This document shows positions 15,198 to 26,607 of a stretch of DNA of 64,000 nucleotides, in pieces. Each line of letters opens with the position of its first letter. The first letter of the stretch is position 1. The stretch is from Elsinoe ampelina. Taxonomy: Eukaryota. Both the position numbers and the translations under genes were made by a program. Location: assembly GCA_010093995.1 (NCBI GenBank), contig ML992505.1, positions 870,273 to 934,272 on the forward strand, read 5' to 3'. The notes beneath the pieces are model-generated. The model had not been told where the DNA came from, did no database searches, and was given only the letters and a program-made list of their open reading frames with translations.

Positions 15198-16084
15198 GGC
15201 TGCTGTCGGGGTGTACAGTAACGACTTGTATGAATACATTACTGCATGGAGCAGTCCCCCACGTACCGAAGTGAGCACAAGAATGATATGCAGGAAACAG
15301 AGCCGCATGCAAGGTCACGTGTCGGCATTATGGATCAATAGCTGCTCTCAAACCTGTCCCAGTCGAGCAACTTGTCATTTCCCGACAAAGAAGCAACCTT
15401 GTCAATAGGACTCGTCACGTACTCGTATCCAAACTCTACAACACTCAAATCTACCATACAAATTCACCAATTCGTGACAGACGCCAAACGAACGTAAACG
15501 TCCGCTGACGTAAAACCCACCATGTGTGGACAAACCTGGAGTGCACATACAAACGCTGTGATTGGTCAGATCAACATCTCTTATCTCTGGACCGAACGTC
15601 GCGCAGCAGCTGGGCAAGAAGATGATTCGGTTTGGGCCCTGGTGAACCCCAAACGTGGGCGTTTCCATTATTAATTTTACGTACGATCCCGGACTTCTGA
15701 GGTCGAACATTGTCTGGGGAATCATGCATGTGAATCTGGAGACGTTGAAAGGGTTGACACACGCATGATATCGCTGAGCCTCCTCGCTTGCCTTCTTTTG
15801 CTCTCAAGACTCCTGCTCGTGATCTCTTACTTTGATTGATCATTGGCACACGACCAAGGACGATTGAATTGTTTGTTCTCGTAGAGGGCTCTTTATATCG
15901 TGGTTGTTCGACAAGACGTCAATTCCCTGATACTGGCTTCGTTGAAATGACCTGGAGGACGCACGAGCTCCTCATACTTCTGTCTACATTGTCTGATGGT
16001 TCTGGCGAGGCTTGAATTGATCACATTGGACTATTAACATATCACCGGAGACCTCAGCATATAACTAAGAGGTCTCAACCATCA

Positions 16085-16183
16085 TTATCAGTGGGGTTGC
16101 TGCATCAAGCACGGCCGAATCTCCCCGGGGCGAATTACGGAAATAGTCGACCAAGCACCTTATCGTGATAGCCTTTTGATATC
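16085..16183. promoter_or_regulatory. Cluster of GATA motifs just upstream of the Zn2Cys6 factor (possible AreA-type nitrogen regulation)
   Basis: TTATC 16085, CTTATC 16159, TGATAG 16166 and GATATC 16178, all within 150 bp of the ATG. These are short motifs and could be chance. Confidence 0.3.
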
Positions 16184-16230
16184 AGGTCTCAGGTACTACA
16201 TCACTCGGAGCACGGTACACTACAATCACA

Positions 16231-18165
16231 ATGGCTGCTGCAGTAGTCATGCCTCCCCTGGCACCTCAAGCCAGTCCACATCCACACCTCACGTCCCGAC
16301 CGCCGAGCACTAGCACGCCTCCAAAGCACAACAAGACTGCCCAGAAAGGACCTACCACCGCCGACGGGAAGCGAATCAGGACAGAACGACCTTGTGACGG
16401 CTGCCGACGACGCAAGTCAAAGTGCGTGATCCAGGATACCGGCACTCCTTGCGTACTGTGCAAGTTCCACAAACAAGAGTGCACATTCGTCGAAGGACCA
16501 CTACCCAGAAAGCGGAAAGTTGAGGAGCCTCTCACCGATGGCACCCCGTCCAAAGTGGTGAAAGTATCTCAGAAAGGTGCACCGCAGACCATGAATGGGG
16601 TGATCGAGGAAGCAATACCACCTCCACAGCCAGCGCGTGATCCTCTCGCCGCACTCGACGACACCCTCAGTCTCCAGCGACATCGCCACTGCAGACACGT
16701 CGGCGCCAGCTCAGCCTTGGACGTCTCCCTGCTGGAGTACTGCCAATTCGGCATCCACGATGAAGCAAAGCTGGACTGTGGAGACATCCGCCGGGTTGCA
16801 GACGATGGCTACTTCGAGATGCTTCCCGATGCTGCATTCGCTACATACGAAGACGAATTGCAGTCTTTGTATGAAGTCGAGCAGATCGTCGGCGTGAGTG
16901 GACCTGCTTTGATCGACCTGTACTTTGAGAAAGTTCATCCGAACTTCCCCATCATTCAGAAGCGGGTGTTCCTGGACCGGCATCGGTATGGTGATCGTCA
17001 ATTCAGCTCGGCTCTTTTGGCCGCGATGTACATCCTTGCTATCAGGTGGTGGGGTCAAGATGCGACGCTGTCCCAGCATCCTATGCCTTCGGTGCCAGCG
17101 CTAGAGGGCGTGGCGATGCGGTCGTTGGGCGTGGCGATGCAGAGACCCAAGCTGTCTTCGTTGCAAGCAGGGTTGCTGCTTCTACAGAAACATCATGCTA
17201 ATGCCTGGCCGTTGACGGTGCAATTGGTGGCGTTGTCACAGGATCTGGGCCTGCATCTTGACTGCTCTGAATGGAACATTCCTCTATGGGAGCGTCGGCT
17301 GCGGAAGCGTCTCGCTTGGGCAGTGTACATGCAAGACAAATGGGCTGCTCTCGTGTATGGTCGACCATCGCATGTACACGCATCGAACTGGTCTGTGCCG
17401 TCGTTGGAGCTGGACGACTTCCTCGAAGACGTGGTGAAAGAGCCTGACTCCTCGACGTCAGATTCACTAAGCTCGACCTCCAACGACATCGCCATCTTCC
17501 TCCAAATGGTCGAACTCACCTCCATCATGTCCGAAGTAGTCAACACCTTCTACACCATCTGCGGGCAACAAAGCACCTCCACCACCCCCTCCATCTTAGC
17601 CAAAGCCAAACCCGTCCAGCTCAAGTTGAAAGAATGGTTCGCCCACCTCCCCTCCTTCGCCAAAATGGATGCCCCCGACGCCCCTCCTTCAGTCGGCTAC
17701 CTCCACCTCGCCTACTTCGCCACCGAAATCAGCATCCACCGGCGCATCGTCCAATCCCTTTCCACCACCAACCCCCTCCCCAGCCCCGACAGCTACGCCC
17801 TCTACATCTGCCGCTCGGCAGCCAAAACCCGCCTCATCTCCGCCATGGATTTCGTCAACCGCCTCAAGCCTGACTATCTGGACTCGTTCTGGTACTTTCC
17901 CTCGGCGCACAACTTTGCGCTGATCGCGACGTTTGGTAACTTGTTACGGGCGACGGCGCCGGGGCACGAGGAGGCGTGTTTTTATGAGATGAGACTGAGG
18001 GAGTATAGGTGGGCGTTGAGCGTGAGTAGTAGGCGCGCGAGGTGGATTGGACATGCGATTGGGACGTTGGATGTTGCGGCGGGGTTGTTGGAGGGGTTGC
18101 CGGAGAAGCCGAGGAGTGGGGAGGGGACGCCGAGGAGTAGGGCGGATTCGGCGAGGGATAGGTGA
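16231..18165 (+). CDS. Zn(II)2Cys6 transcription factor with fungal-specific TF domain (DAL81/TamA-like)
   Basis: CDGCRRRKSKC-x6-PCVLC-x6-C cluster; middle homology region LYFEKVHPNFPII, DLGLHLDC, RKRLAWAVYMQDKWAALVYGRPS. Intronless, 644 aa. Confidence 0.92.
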   Translation: MAAAVVMPPLAPQASPHPHLTSRPPSTSTPPKHNKTAQKGPTTADGKRIRTERPCDGCRRRKSKCVIQDTGTPCVLCKFHKQECTFVEGPLPRKRKVEEPLTDGTPSKVVKVSQKGAPQTMNGVIEEAIPPPQPARDPLAALDDTLSLQRHRHCRHVGASSALDVSLLEYCQFGIHDEAKLDCGDIRRVADDGYFEMLPDAAFATYEDELQSLYEVEQIVGVSGPALIDLYFEKVHPNFPIIQKRVFLDRHRYGDRQFSSALLAAMYILAIRWWGQDATLSQHPMPSVPALEGVAMRSLGVAMQRPKLSSLQAGLLLLQKHHANAWPLTVQLVALSQDLGLHLDCSEWNIPLWERRLRKRLAWAVYMQDKWAALVYGRPSHVHASNWSVPSLELDDFLEDVVKEPDSSTSDSLSSTSNDIAIFLQMVELTSIMSEVVNTFYTICGQQSTSTTPSILAKAKPVQLKLKEWFAHLPSFAKMDAPDAPPSVGYLHLAYFATEISIHRRIVQSLSTTNPLPSPDSYALYICRSAAKTRLISAMDFVNRLKPDYLDSFWYFPSAHNFALIATFGNLLRATAPGHEEACFYEMRLREYRWALSVSSRRARWIGHAIGTLDVAAGLLEGLPEKPRSGEGTPRSRADSARDR

Positions 18166-18917
18166 TGGGGTGAGAAGGAGGGAAGGGGATGAGGAAGGTG
18201 AGAAGGAAAGGGAAGGGGGGGCGAGGAAGGATTGAGAGGGGTTATGTATGTATAGTAGTGGGCCATCACTGGCGTGGATCATGATTGGGAGCCATCAGGG
18301 TATGATTGGGTCGGATTGGGATAGAAAGGGTTTACGAATTCATGTCTTTTACGCTTGACGCGATTCAGTGTCCGTCCTCATTCCACAGCCATGTTCAGGA
18401 CATGTCATCGCCATCTGAGGTAGATCTCACCTCGGACATGACAATGCATCTCCGCAATCTCCCCCACGCCGCGACGCGATCTCGGCTAAACCTCCTCTCT
18501 CCCTGTCTGTGCCTGGCCGATAGGGCTGAGGTCAAAGCTGAGGTGGCCTTTTGGAACTTCAAGGGTCTGGCAATTCCATTTCTTTGCTTCCATGCACCAC
18601 TAATTGCTGCACGCACAGGTCGCATCGGCCGAGGAGTATTGCTACTTTCCTTCCTGTACACCTTGAGGAGATATTTGAAGGTCTGATCGAGCCATTGATC
18701 GGGTCTGTACTGGATCTGTACTGATTTGGAGGACGAACTTTGGACAGCTGGACTTTCGAAGCTGCTGAGGTGATCGAGCTACTACGCCATTGATCCTTAC
18801 CATACCTGAACAGAAGGACTCTACGTTGTCTGAGAGCAGCTAAAATCTGAGCCTCAGGTCAGACGCAACCTCTACCTCTCAGTCGGTGGTATTAATTCCA
18901 CCCCCTCACCACCCACC

Positions 18918-20273
18918 ATGCCTCTCAAATCCCGCTTCACCCGCCTCGACGCCTTCAGCAAGACCGTCGAGGATGCCCGCATCCGCACCTCCTCTGGCGG
19001 CATCGTCACCCTTGTCTCCCTCCTCGTCATCCTCTACCTCATCGCCGGCGAATGGAGCGAATACCGCCGCATCGTCGTCCACCCGGAGCTGATCGTGGAC
19101 AAGTCGCGCGGCGAAAAGATGGAGATCCACATGAACATTACCTTCCCACGGATACCCTGCGAGCTGCTGACGCTCGATGTCATGGATGTGTCCGGCGAGA
19201 TCCAAGAGGGTGTCATGCATGGGGTGCACAAAGTGCGTCTCACGCCTGAAAGTGAGGGAAGCCGTGATATCGAGATGAAGGCGATGATGTTGCATGAGGA
19301 GACCGACGCGGTGCATCTCGATCCGAACTACTGCGGAGAGTGTTATGGTGCACCGGCCCCAGTGGGTGCAAAGAAGCAGGGGTGTTGCAACACTTGCGCG
19401 GACGTCAGGGAGGCGTATGCCAGTGTGAGCTGGAGTTTCGGCAAGGGAGAGGGAGTGGAGCAGTGCAAGCGGGAGCACTACAGCGAGCATCTGGACGAGC
19501 AGAGAAGGGAAGGATGCAGAGTCTTTGGCGGCATTCGGGTGAATAAGGTGGTGGGCAACTTCCACTTTGCGCCGGGCAAGAGTTTCAGCAATGGCAACAT
19601 GCACATGCATGATTTGGAAGTGTACCTGCATGGTGACGAGAACGTGGCGCATACGTTCACGCACAAAATCCATACGTTGCGGTTTGGACCCGAGCTACCA
19701 GAGAAGGTCATCCAGAAAGTCGGCAAGAAGGGAGTCAGCTGGAGTAATCACCATCTGAACCCGCTGGACGACACGGAGCAGCATACGGGCGATGCGGCGA
19801 CGAACTTTATGTACTTTGTCAAGGTTGTCAGCACGGCCTATCTGCCATTGAACTGGAACAAGGACCACACATTCGATCTGCCGCATGAGTACACGCCGCT
19901 GGGTGCTTGGGGTCATGGTGAGAAGGGTAGCATTGAGACGCATCAGTACAGTGTCACTAGTCACAAGAGGAGTGTGCAGGGTGGCGATGATGCGCAGGAG
20001 GGGCACAAGGAAAGATTGCATGCGAGGGGTGGAATTCCGGGTGTTTTCTTTTCTTACGTGAGTACTCCTCATACTACATCTTGGACACTTGCTGATCATT
20101 CTCAGGACATTTCCCCAATGAAGGTCATCAACAGAGAGGCTCGCAGCAAGAGCTTCTCCGGCTTCTTGGTGGGCGTATGCGCGGTCATCGGCGGTACGTT
20201 GACTGTAGCAGCAGCAATAGATCGGGCACTGTACGAAGGCGGACAGAGGGTAAAGAAACTCCACCAGGGATGA
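18918..20273 (+). CDS. ERV46: ER-Golgi vesicle protein Erv46 (ERGIC3)
   Basis: RLDAFSKTVEDARIRT, PCELLTLDVMDVSGE, YCGECYGA...CCNTCADVREAY, EGC...VNKVVGNFHFAPG and PGVFFSY-DISPMKV; two TM segments; 48-nt intron 20058-20105. Confidence 0.95.
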   Translation: MPLKSRFTRLDAFSKTVEDARIRTSSGGIVTLVSLLVILYLIAGEWSEYRRIVVHPELIVDKSRGEKMEIHMNITFPRIPCELLTLDVMDVSGEIQEGVMHGVHKVRLTPESEGSRDIEMKAMMLHEETDAVHLDPNYCGECYGAPAPVGAKKQGCCNTCADVREAYASVSWSFGKGEGVEQCKREHYSEHLDEQRREGCRVFGGIRVNKVVGNFHFAPGKSFSNGNMHMHDLEVYLHGDENVAHTFTHKIHTLRFGPELPEKVIQKVGKKGVSWSNHHLNPLDDTEQHTGDAATNFMYFVKVVSTAYLPLNWNKDHTFDLPHEYTPLGAWGHGEKGSIETHQYSVTSHKRSVQGGDDAQEGHKERLHARGGIPGVFFSYVSTPHTTSWTLADHSQDISPMKVINREARSKSFSGFLVGVCAVIGGTLTVAAAIDRALYEGGQRVKKLHQG

Positions 20274-20451
20274 GGAAAGCACATCAGATGTCCCATGTTG
20301 TCCAAGAATCTGCATTGCCCTGCGTTCTAGCGATCTGTAGTCATAAAAGAAAAAGGATATACAGGAAGTTCGTATCCATCATCTCAAGCATTCCTGTCCC
20401 CAACGCCGTCACGAAGATTCCCTAGGCATGTACATCATCAACCACCACCCT

Positions 20452-21054
20452 CTACGCATAATTCAACACCCCCTTCAATATCCACACCGCTCCATTCCCA
20501 ACACTACTCCCCACATTCCCCACCTCCACCCCCCCTGGGAAAATCCTCCTCGTCCCCTCCCCATCCTCCTCCCACCACACCTCCCCACCCCCCAACGTCT
20601 TGACCCTCACTTTCTCCTCCCACGGACTAACCGGCACAACATGCGCCTCGACAAACCTCCTCAAATTCCTCCCCGCACGATCCTCCCCGTCCTTGCCCTC
20701 GTACGCCTCCGTCCCAAACGCAGCGTACTCTCTCGGATCCTCCCAGGGTTTGCGCGGGAGCGACGTGATGGCGCCGTTCAGCGGGGCGAGGAGCGTGGTG
20801 TTGAGGTCGTGCGTGGAGAGGCGCGCGGTGACGGGGGAGACGTCGCGGGTGAGTGAGGCGAAGATGTTGATTGCTTTGGAGAGGCCGAGGATGTCGGAGA
20901 GGATTTGCGTGGAGGAGGTGGATGGGTCGGACATGGTTGCCTGGTTGGGGTCGGGGTGGGGGCCGGCGTGGAAGGGGCGGCGGAGGATGGGTGGGGTGAA
21001 GGCTTGGGTTAGGCTGAGGGTGGTTAGGATGGTGAGTGTGGAGTCGAGGCGCAT
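20452..21054 (-). CDS. Secreted FAS1 (fasciclin)-domain protein, YDR262W-like
   Basis: Signal peptide MRLDSTLTILTTLSLTQA; TLLAPLNGAITSLPRKPWEDP, NLRRFVEAHVV and NGAVWILKGVLNY (FAS1 H1/H2 motifs). Confidence 0.85.
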   Translation of the reverse strand: MRLDSTLTILTTLSLTQAFTPPILRRPFHAGPHPDPNQATMSDPSTSSTQILSDILGLSKAINIFASLTRDVSPVTARLSTHDLNTTLLAPLNGAITSLPRKPWEDPREYAAFGTEAYEGKDGEDRAGRNLRRFVEAHVVPVSPWEEKVRVKTLGGGEVWWEEDGEGTRRIFPGGVEVGNVGSSVGNGAVWILKGVLNYA

Positions 21055-21286
21055 GGTTGTGGTGTTGTTTGGAGTGGGTTGTGAGGGTGAGAGGAGAAAA
21101 GTGATGCACAACGTCAGATGGCACATGCGGGAGGACTGCGGTGGGCGGGATCTTGCGGCTCTGGATGTTGGTCTCTCACTTTGGCTCGTGACGGGCCATT
21201 TCTCCTCGATGAATTACTACCGGACATCTCTGGTTTTGATCGGACAAATGCGATGTAGGTGTACTTGAGGAGCTGTTGATGGTAAG

Positions 21287-22039
21287 ATGGAAACCATTTC
21301 TGTGCCTACAGTCACAGAGGACGACCTCCGAGCTTTTCGTTCGAAGCACTTTCCGTCTGCTTCAGCGCCGATACAATTCTTCACATCGACTTCATATATC
21401 AACGATGAGGACAACGGCCTTGGCTACTATCCTGATGGGACAAAGAGGTATCTCACGGACGAGCAAATCGCCATCTTTCGTCACTCGGAGCTCTTCAAGA
21501 TCATCAGAGACCGCGAAATCGCCGAAATTTCCGGTGAGCATGAGGCTCAAAACGAGCAATGTGATGAAGGAGCAGATCGTCAATATGCCGCCAACACCAA
21601 TAGGTGCCAATACTCAAGAGGTGCCATTGCTCTGAAGGACTTTGTCGACGAGCCAGAAACAGCATCTCAATCAACAACAAATCCGACAGGCACTACAAAG
21701 ACAAGAACACGCGCTCAGAAGTTGAGGCGACCGGCGAAGAAGCGCAAGCGGGCCATGCGACAGAAGCAACTACGAGATGCCGCCGCCAATGGTGAAGGCA
21801 ATGCCAGTGGAGACGACGATGACGGATCTGGTGATGAAGTCGCCACCACTAGCGGTACCAAAGAATCGGCCACACCGCAGGACGACACGAGCCAAGCCGA
21901 AGTGAACGTGCCAGCTGCCGGAGGGTGGAGGGAGTTTGTCGAAGACGAAGACGGCAACGGTAATGGCAGAACGCATCGCAGACTTGCCAGAGAGTTGGAC
22001 GAGCAAGAGTACGAGGCTACTGAGCTGGTTTATGACTGA
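21287..22039 (+). CDS. Conserved fungal protein, DUF3807 family
   Basis: DLRAFRSKHF and DNGLGYYPDGTKRYLTDEQIAIFRHSE motifs; C-terminal RRLARELD...LVYD. Confidence 0.8.
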   Translation: METISVPTVTEDDLRAFRSKHFPSASAPIQFFTSTSYINDEDNGLGYYPDGTKRYLTDEQIAIFRHSELFKIIRDREIAEISGEHEAQNEQCDEGADRQYAANTNRCQYSRGAIALKDFVDEPETASQSTTNPTGTTKTRTRAQKLRRPAKKRKRAMRQKQLRDAAANGEGNASGDDDDGSGDEVATTSGTKESATPQDDTSQAEVNVPAAGGWREFVEDEDGNGNGRTHRRLARELDEQEYEATELVYD

Positions 22040-22766
22040 GGTCTCTGGATTGCTGCCACTTCCGCCACTCACGTCTGATACGATACGCCTATACCCAAAG
22101 TATCGTAAGTGGTCACTCTCCCTCCCTTCCACAAAGTATATGATGAAACACTTTTTTGTCATCCTTAGGCCGAAAGAGGTGGCTCGATCATGGTTTGCGG
22201 GAGTGGTCCAGTTCTCTGGGCACACACCCCTGGCATGTGACAGATACCCGCTGTGGACCTTAATCTTCTCTCTGATCACCGACAATTTACACATTTGCTT
22301 GATGAGTACTTTGGCGGCAATGAAGCTAATGTATCGCAGTTGATAGCCTCTATCAGAAACCCAGACCACAGAATTTCCGAGATCTCTTGGATTATGCATC
22401 AAATGCTCCATGGGACGCGAACCCAACAGCCACCTCGGCACTAACAACGAATGGTCGTGTTTCATTGGTCAACCCCACACATCTGAGATCTCCGGACTCT
22501 CGCCCGTCACAGTGACCCGGATCTACCAGAGTCAAAATATCCTGGCAACGTTGAAACGGACCCGCGTGATGCAGCACACCAAGCTCCAGGAGCTCCCGAG
22601 TATGGGCTTGGATGGTCAGGGCTCATATTCTGTGGCTTCGTCGCCAGGCTTGATTCTCCTACCTTCAAGACCTAGTCGTACCCCGCATTCAAGCACAATC
22701 TACCACAATCTGCATCTCTTCCATCCCTGGTAATCCAACGTATCTAGCAGGCGCTCGAACTTCAAC

Positions 22767-23385
22767 ATGTCTACACCATCAGTCCCAGACTCGGTGAATA
22801 TCCACAACCTCAATGGCACCTATATCATGGTCCGCAAGAACCCCCTTCTCTCCACAGCACAGCACTAACAGCATCCAGAACAAACAGCTCTCCGACCCCT
22901 TCGACGCTATCCTTACCCTACAAGAAGTAGGCTGGATCGTTCGACAAGCCGCCAAATTCAGCTCCGTATCCATCAAAGTCGAACAAGCCGACCGCGAAGA
23001 CGGCATCAACTTTGTCAACATCACACAGACGTCCAGTGGAGGCATCAGGAGCACGGAAGAGCGGACGATGGACTGGACATGGCGAGAGAAGAAGGACAAC
23101 ATCTTTGGTTTGGTCAAGGGTCGTTCGCGGTTCTGCAAAGTCGACGAGATTGAAGATGAGTACTTGACATCGGAGTTGGACAAGAAGAGTTTGGAAGCCG
23201 ATGGGAATGAGGTTGTGAACAGTATTACCGAGTCGGTGGATTTGGCGGGTGATCAGTGGAATGCGACACAGGTGTGGGGGTTCGAAGTCATTGACGGGGT
23301 GAGGAGGCATGTCCGACGGATCTTGTTCACGAGAGGAAGTGAGGTACACAAACTGAAGACGGTATATGATTGGAAGGAGGAGTAG
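22767..23385 (+). CDS. Conserved fungal lipocalin/FABP-like beta-barrel protein (often annotated LCCL-domain protein)
   Basis: MSTPSVPDSVNIHNLNGTYIM, intron 22830-22878, then NKQLSDPFDAILTLQEVGWIVR...WNATQVWGFEVIDGVRRHVRR...VYDW. Family recognised from memory of these motifs. Confidence 0.72.
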
Positions 23386-23392
23386 TGGCTCC

Positions 23393-24367
23393 TCACGAAC
23401 TACTCTCAACCATCTCCTGGACAGTCTCCTCCATCGACTTGGGCGTCACCCCTTTCGAGCTAAGCAGCTTCTCGAATGTATCGTCCTTGATCAAGCACTC
23501 CCCGTCCTTCAGCGCGTCATACGAGCTGCTCCACCACTTGATCAACCCCTCGTCCATTTCTCTCCCCTTGATGTAGAACTCCTCGTGCTCTTCCTTCGAG
23601 ACAATCTCCACCTTCACCTCCCTTCCTAACCCCTTACTCACCAACCCAGCGATCTCCTCCAACGTCTTCGCCTCCCTGGTATTACTCAAATACACCGTCT
23701 TGCCCTTCCACTCCTCCCTCTTCCCCGCCAGTATCAAAGCATTCGCCAGCCCCAAATCGGGTATACTTGTCCAACAAATCTTTCCATCCCCCGCGACCTT
23801 GACTGTCGTCCTTTCATCTTCCCCAAGCTTCCAATGCCCGAGATAAAGTGGCCAACTCTCATTATACAACCCCTCCCTGATCACCGTCCAATCCACCTCC
23901 GACTGCCCCTCCAAGTACTCTTCGGTAACGATATGCGCCCTCATCACCCCCGCCTTACTCGGTCTCCCAAACCCCAAACTCGAGTAATAGATATGCTTCA
24001 CGCCCGCCCTCCTCGCCGCCTCGATCGCAGCGATATGATCCTTCTCCCGCCCCTTGAACTTCCGCACGTCGTGGAAATCCATATGTATCCTGGGCGAAGA
24101 CACGAGGAACAGAGCCTCGACGTCGTGCAAGGCGCGCTCGATCGTGTCCGGCTCGTCGAAGTCCGCGTGGCGGACCGTGACGCCGTGCGCGGCGATTTTT
24201 TGGGTCTGAGGGGCGGAGGCACCGAGGGCGCTGGTGGTCGCGACGATGGAGCTGGCGGGGAGGAGCGAGTGGGAGAGGAGGGAGGTGAGGGTTGCGTAGG
24301 CGAGTTTGCCGGAGGCGCCGAGGATGGCGAGGGTTTTGGCGCGGGGTGGGGGGGTGGTGTTCTTCAT
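23393..24367 (-). CDS. NmrA-like / atypical SDR NAD(P)H-binding oxidoreductase (QOR2/YtfG-like)
   Basis: Rossmann ILGASGKLA, ADFD, AARRAGVKHIYYSS, HIVTEEYL and WTVIREGLYNESWP. Likely ATG at 24367. Confidence 0.9.
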   Translation of the reverse strand: MKNTTPPPRAKTLAILGASGKLAYATLTSLLSHSLLPASSIVATTSALGASAPQTQKIAAHGVTVRHADFDEPDTIERALHDVEALFLVSSPRIHMDFHDVRKFKGREKDHIAAIEAARRAGVKHIYYSSLGFGRPSKAGVMRAHIVTEEYLEGQSEVDWTVIREGLYNESWPLYLGHWKLGEDERTTVKVAGDGKICWTSIPDLGLANALILAGKREEWKGKTVYLSNTREAKTLEEIAGLVSKGLGREVKVEIVSKEEHEEFYIKGREMDEGLIKWWSSSYDALKDGECLIKDDTFEKLLSSKGVTPKSMEETVQEMVESSS

Positions 24368-24999
24368 TGTGGTGGGTGGTGAGGTGAGGTAGGGAAGGTA
24401 AGAAGGAAGGAGAGTGGTGAAGACGGGACGATGTGAGAGATGTGATTTGAGAGCTGTGGATTGATTGATGTGACGTCGAAGCGTCAGGCTACCTGCGTGG
24501 GTCTGGAGTGGGATCTTCACATGGGTCGATGCAGATCTGTCGGCACTTGATGATTACCTGCAAGGACAAGCCTTAGGATCGCGAATTGTTAGAAGTCACG
24601 GTGAGCCTGTGATTAGACATTCAATGATGAAATTGCGTCGTTTGTCAAAGTGCGACTAACAAGTTCTAAGTAATGACAATGATTGCCCCGCAGTCACTTT
24701 TTTTTGCCCCAAAGAGCTCGAATGCGGGGCACGCGGCTCATTCCGCAGTCGCGACTCGTTTGCTGTGTCTTGGCATTGCCCTTGACCTCGAACTGCTTTG
24801 GTTTGCTTCAAAGATTATTTCTACAATCACTCGTTGCAACTTTGCCCTCTCTTCAATCTCAATAGACACCAAAAGACTAGCGCCCCTGTCTCACGATCTA
24901 GCAGACAATCCTTCGGCATCCATAGATCAACACTATTGTCACGCGACACAGCGCCGGCATACTCGCGGTTTCCAATCACCTTCACGACCGACCGCAATC

Positions 25000-25896
25000 A
25001 TGGACTCAAAAGACATCGAAGAGCGGTCGAAAAACATCCAGAAGGCGATGAACGGCGGCGACCCTGCTTCCACTCTGATCTCCCTCATGCAACCTCTTTC
25101 AAAATGGACCGCGACTGAGAAGCTACTGCGACAAACGAACATCGGCCGTACCATGGGCAAGCTCCGTCAGAACAAGGACCCCGACGTTGCGCGATTAGCG
25201 ACGAACCTGGTGGGCAAATGGAAGAACGACGTCAAGAAACCGGGAGGGTCACCAGCGCCGGCCGCGAAAGCAACTCCGACGAACGGCACCTCGTCCCCCG
25301 CCCCAATCGGTACCCCCAAGAGCGATGCGCCCAAGTCGAAATGGAAGGGCAACCCGGAGAAGCGCAACGCTGGCGCGGACGGCATCAACACAGCCGTGAC
25401 AGGTAATGCAACGAGGGACGCATGCGTCAAGCTCATGTACGACGGACTCGCATTCATGTCGGAAGAGCTACCGGAGGACATCATCAAGGTCGCAAGAGCA
25501 GTGGAACTCGCAGCGTACGACCGATACCAGCCCGAGACATCATCAGACTACAAGACGAGATTACGATCGCTATTCCAGAACCTCAAGAACAAGTCCAACC
25601 CGGAGCTACGCAAGCAGGTCTTCTCTGGATCGATCGCGCCGGACAGGTTTGTGGTCATGACGCACGAGGAGTTGAAGAGCGACAAGTTGAAGAAGGAAGA
25701 GGAGAAGATGCAGGTCGAGAACATGCACAAAGCCATGGTGGCTCAGGAGGAGAAGAGTATATCGGTCAGCTTGACGTGCGGCAAGTGTGGGCAGAAGAAG
25801 GTCAGCTACAGCCAGGCCCAAACGAGGTCTGCCGATGAACCGATGACGACCTTCTGCGAGTGTACGGTCTGCGGTAACAGGTGGAAGTTCTCTTGA
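25000..25896 (+). CDS. DST1: Transcription elongation factor TFIIS
   Basis: N-terminal TFIIS domain (LLRQTNIGR...KWK), central domain (RSLFQNLKNKSNPELR) and Zn ribbon CGKC...QTRSADEPMTTFCECTVCGNRWKFS. Confidence 0.97.
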   Translation: MDSKDIEERSKNIQKAMNGGDPASTLISLMQPLSKWTATEKLLRQTNIGRTMGKLRQNKDPDVARLATNLVGKWKNDVKKPGGSPAPAAKATPTNGTSSPAPIGTPKSDAPKSKWKGNPEKRNAGADGINTAVTGNATRDACVKLMYDGLAFMSEELPEDIIKVARAVELAAYDRYQPETSSDYKTRLRSLFQNLKNKSNPELRKQVFSGSIAPDRFVVMTHEELKSDKLKKEEEKMQVENMHKAMVAQEEKSISVSLTCGKCGQKKVSYSQAQTRSADEPMTTFCECTVCGNRWKFS

Positions 25897-26607
25897 GGGA
25901 TGAGAGACCTGCTGGGGATGATCTTCAGGGCGAACGTCGTTGAACGGCATGGGTCGAGGCTCACTTACGCCGGGATTGTGGTAGGGGGTCGTGAGGGTAT
26001 GGCCATAGGCTAATGACTTCTCTTTTGCATCAAGCTTCGTTTAGCGGGGTAATCTTCTGTATTTTACATGGCAGCGCTTATAGATGAGTGTGGCCGCACA
26101 GTGCTTCCGAATAGGGAATAACATGGTACAAGCAAAGCTGAGTGGCCACCATGAGGGTGCTGGTAACACACGTACCTGCAGTGACATGTGCATCTTCTAC
26201 TAGTCGAGTTCGCTGCATCAGGCATGTGCGACTCGACATGTGGGTCCCCGGTCAAAGGCTCGGGTGGAGCTCCCACGGACTGTCCCAGTGCTGAAAACGA
26301 TACTCGGTCTTTTTCTGCACATGAAGAGCTAGGTGCTCATCTTGAGCAGTCACCATTATTGTTGTTGTGTTGCAGGCAGCTAGCTCAAGTATTCTTCACA
26401 AAGAAGGGTGTCCATCTTGTCCGAGAAGGTTCTCGCTTGTTTGTTGAATCTCGATTCTCCGTGGCCCCTCCGCCGCTTTTTGACGGAACCGCCCGCCAAG
26501 GATTGAGCCCGCATGATCACATCCGTTTCAATCAGCAACGTTTATCCATCCTTCGACACCCCTCTCTCCGATTACGTCTTGTTCACAGACGGGCACAAGC
26601 AAGCATC

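Noticed and set aside
18395..18780. Open minus-strand frame between the Zn2Cys6 TF and ERV46
   Set aside because: No convincing ATG or intron linking it to a start, and no recognisable domain.
22050..22740. Protein-like fragments downstream of the DUF3807 gene
   Set aside because: The frames are broken and unrecognisable; too weak to call even a pseudogene.
24673..24999. 109-aa upstream in-frame extension of TFIIS (likewise the extensions of the 26188, 51245 and 24520 ORFs)
   Set aside because: The conserved proteins start at the downstream ATGs in good context, and the extensions look like promoter/UTR sequence.
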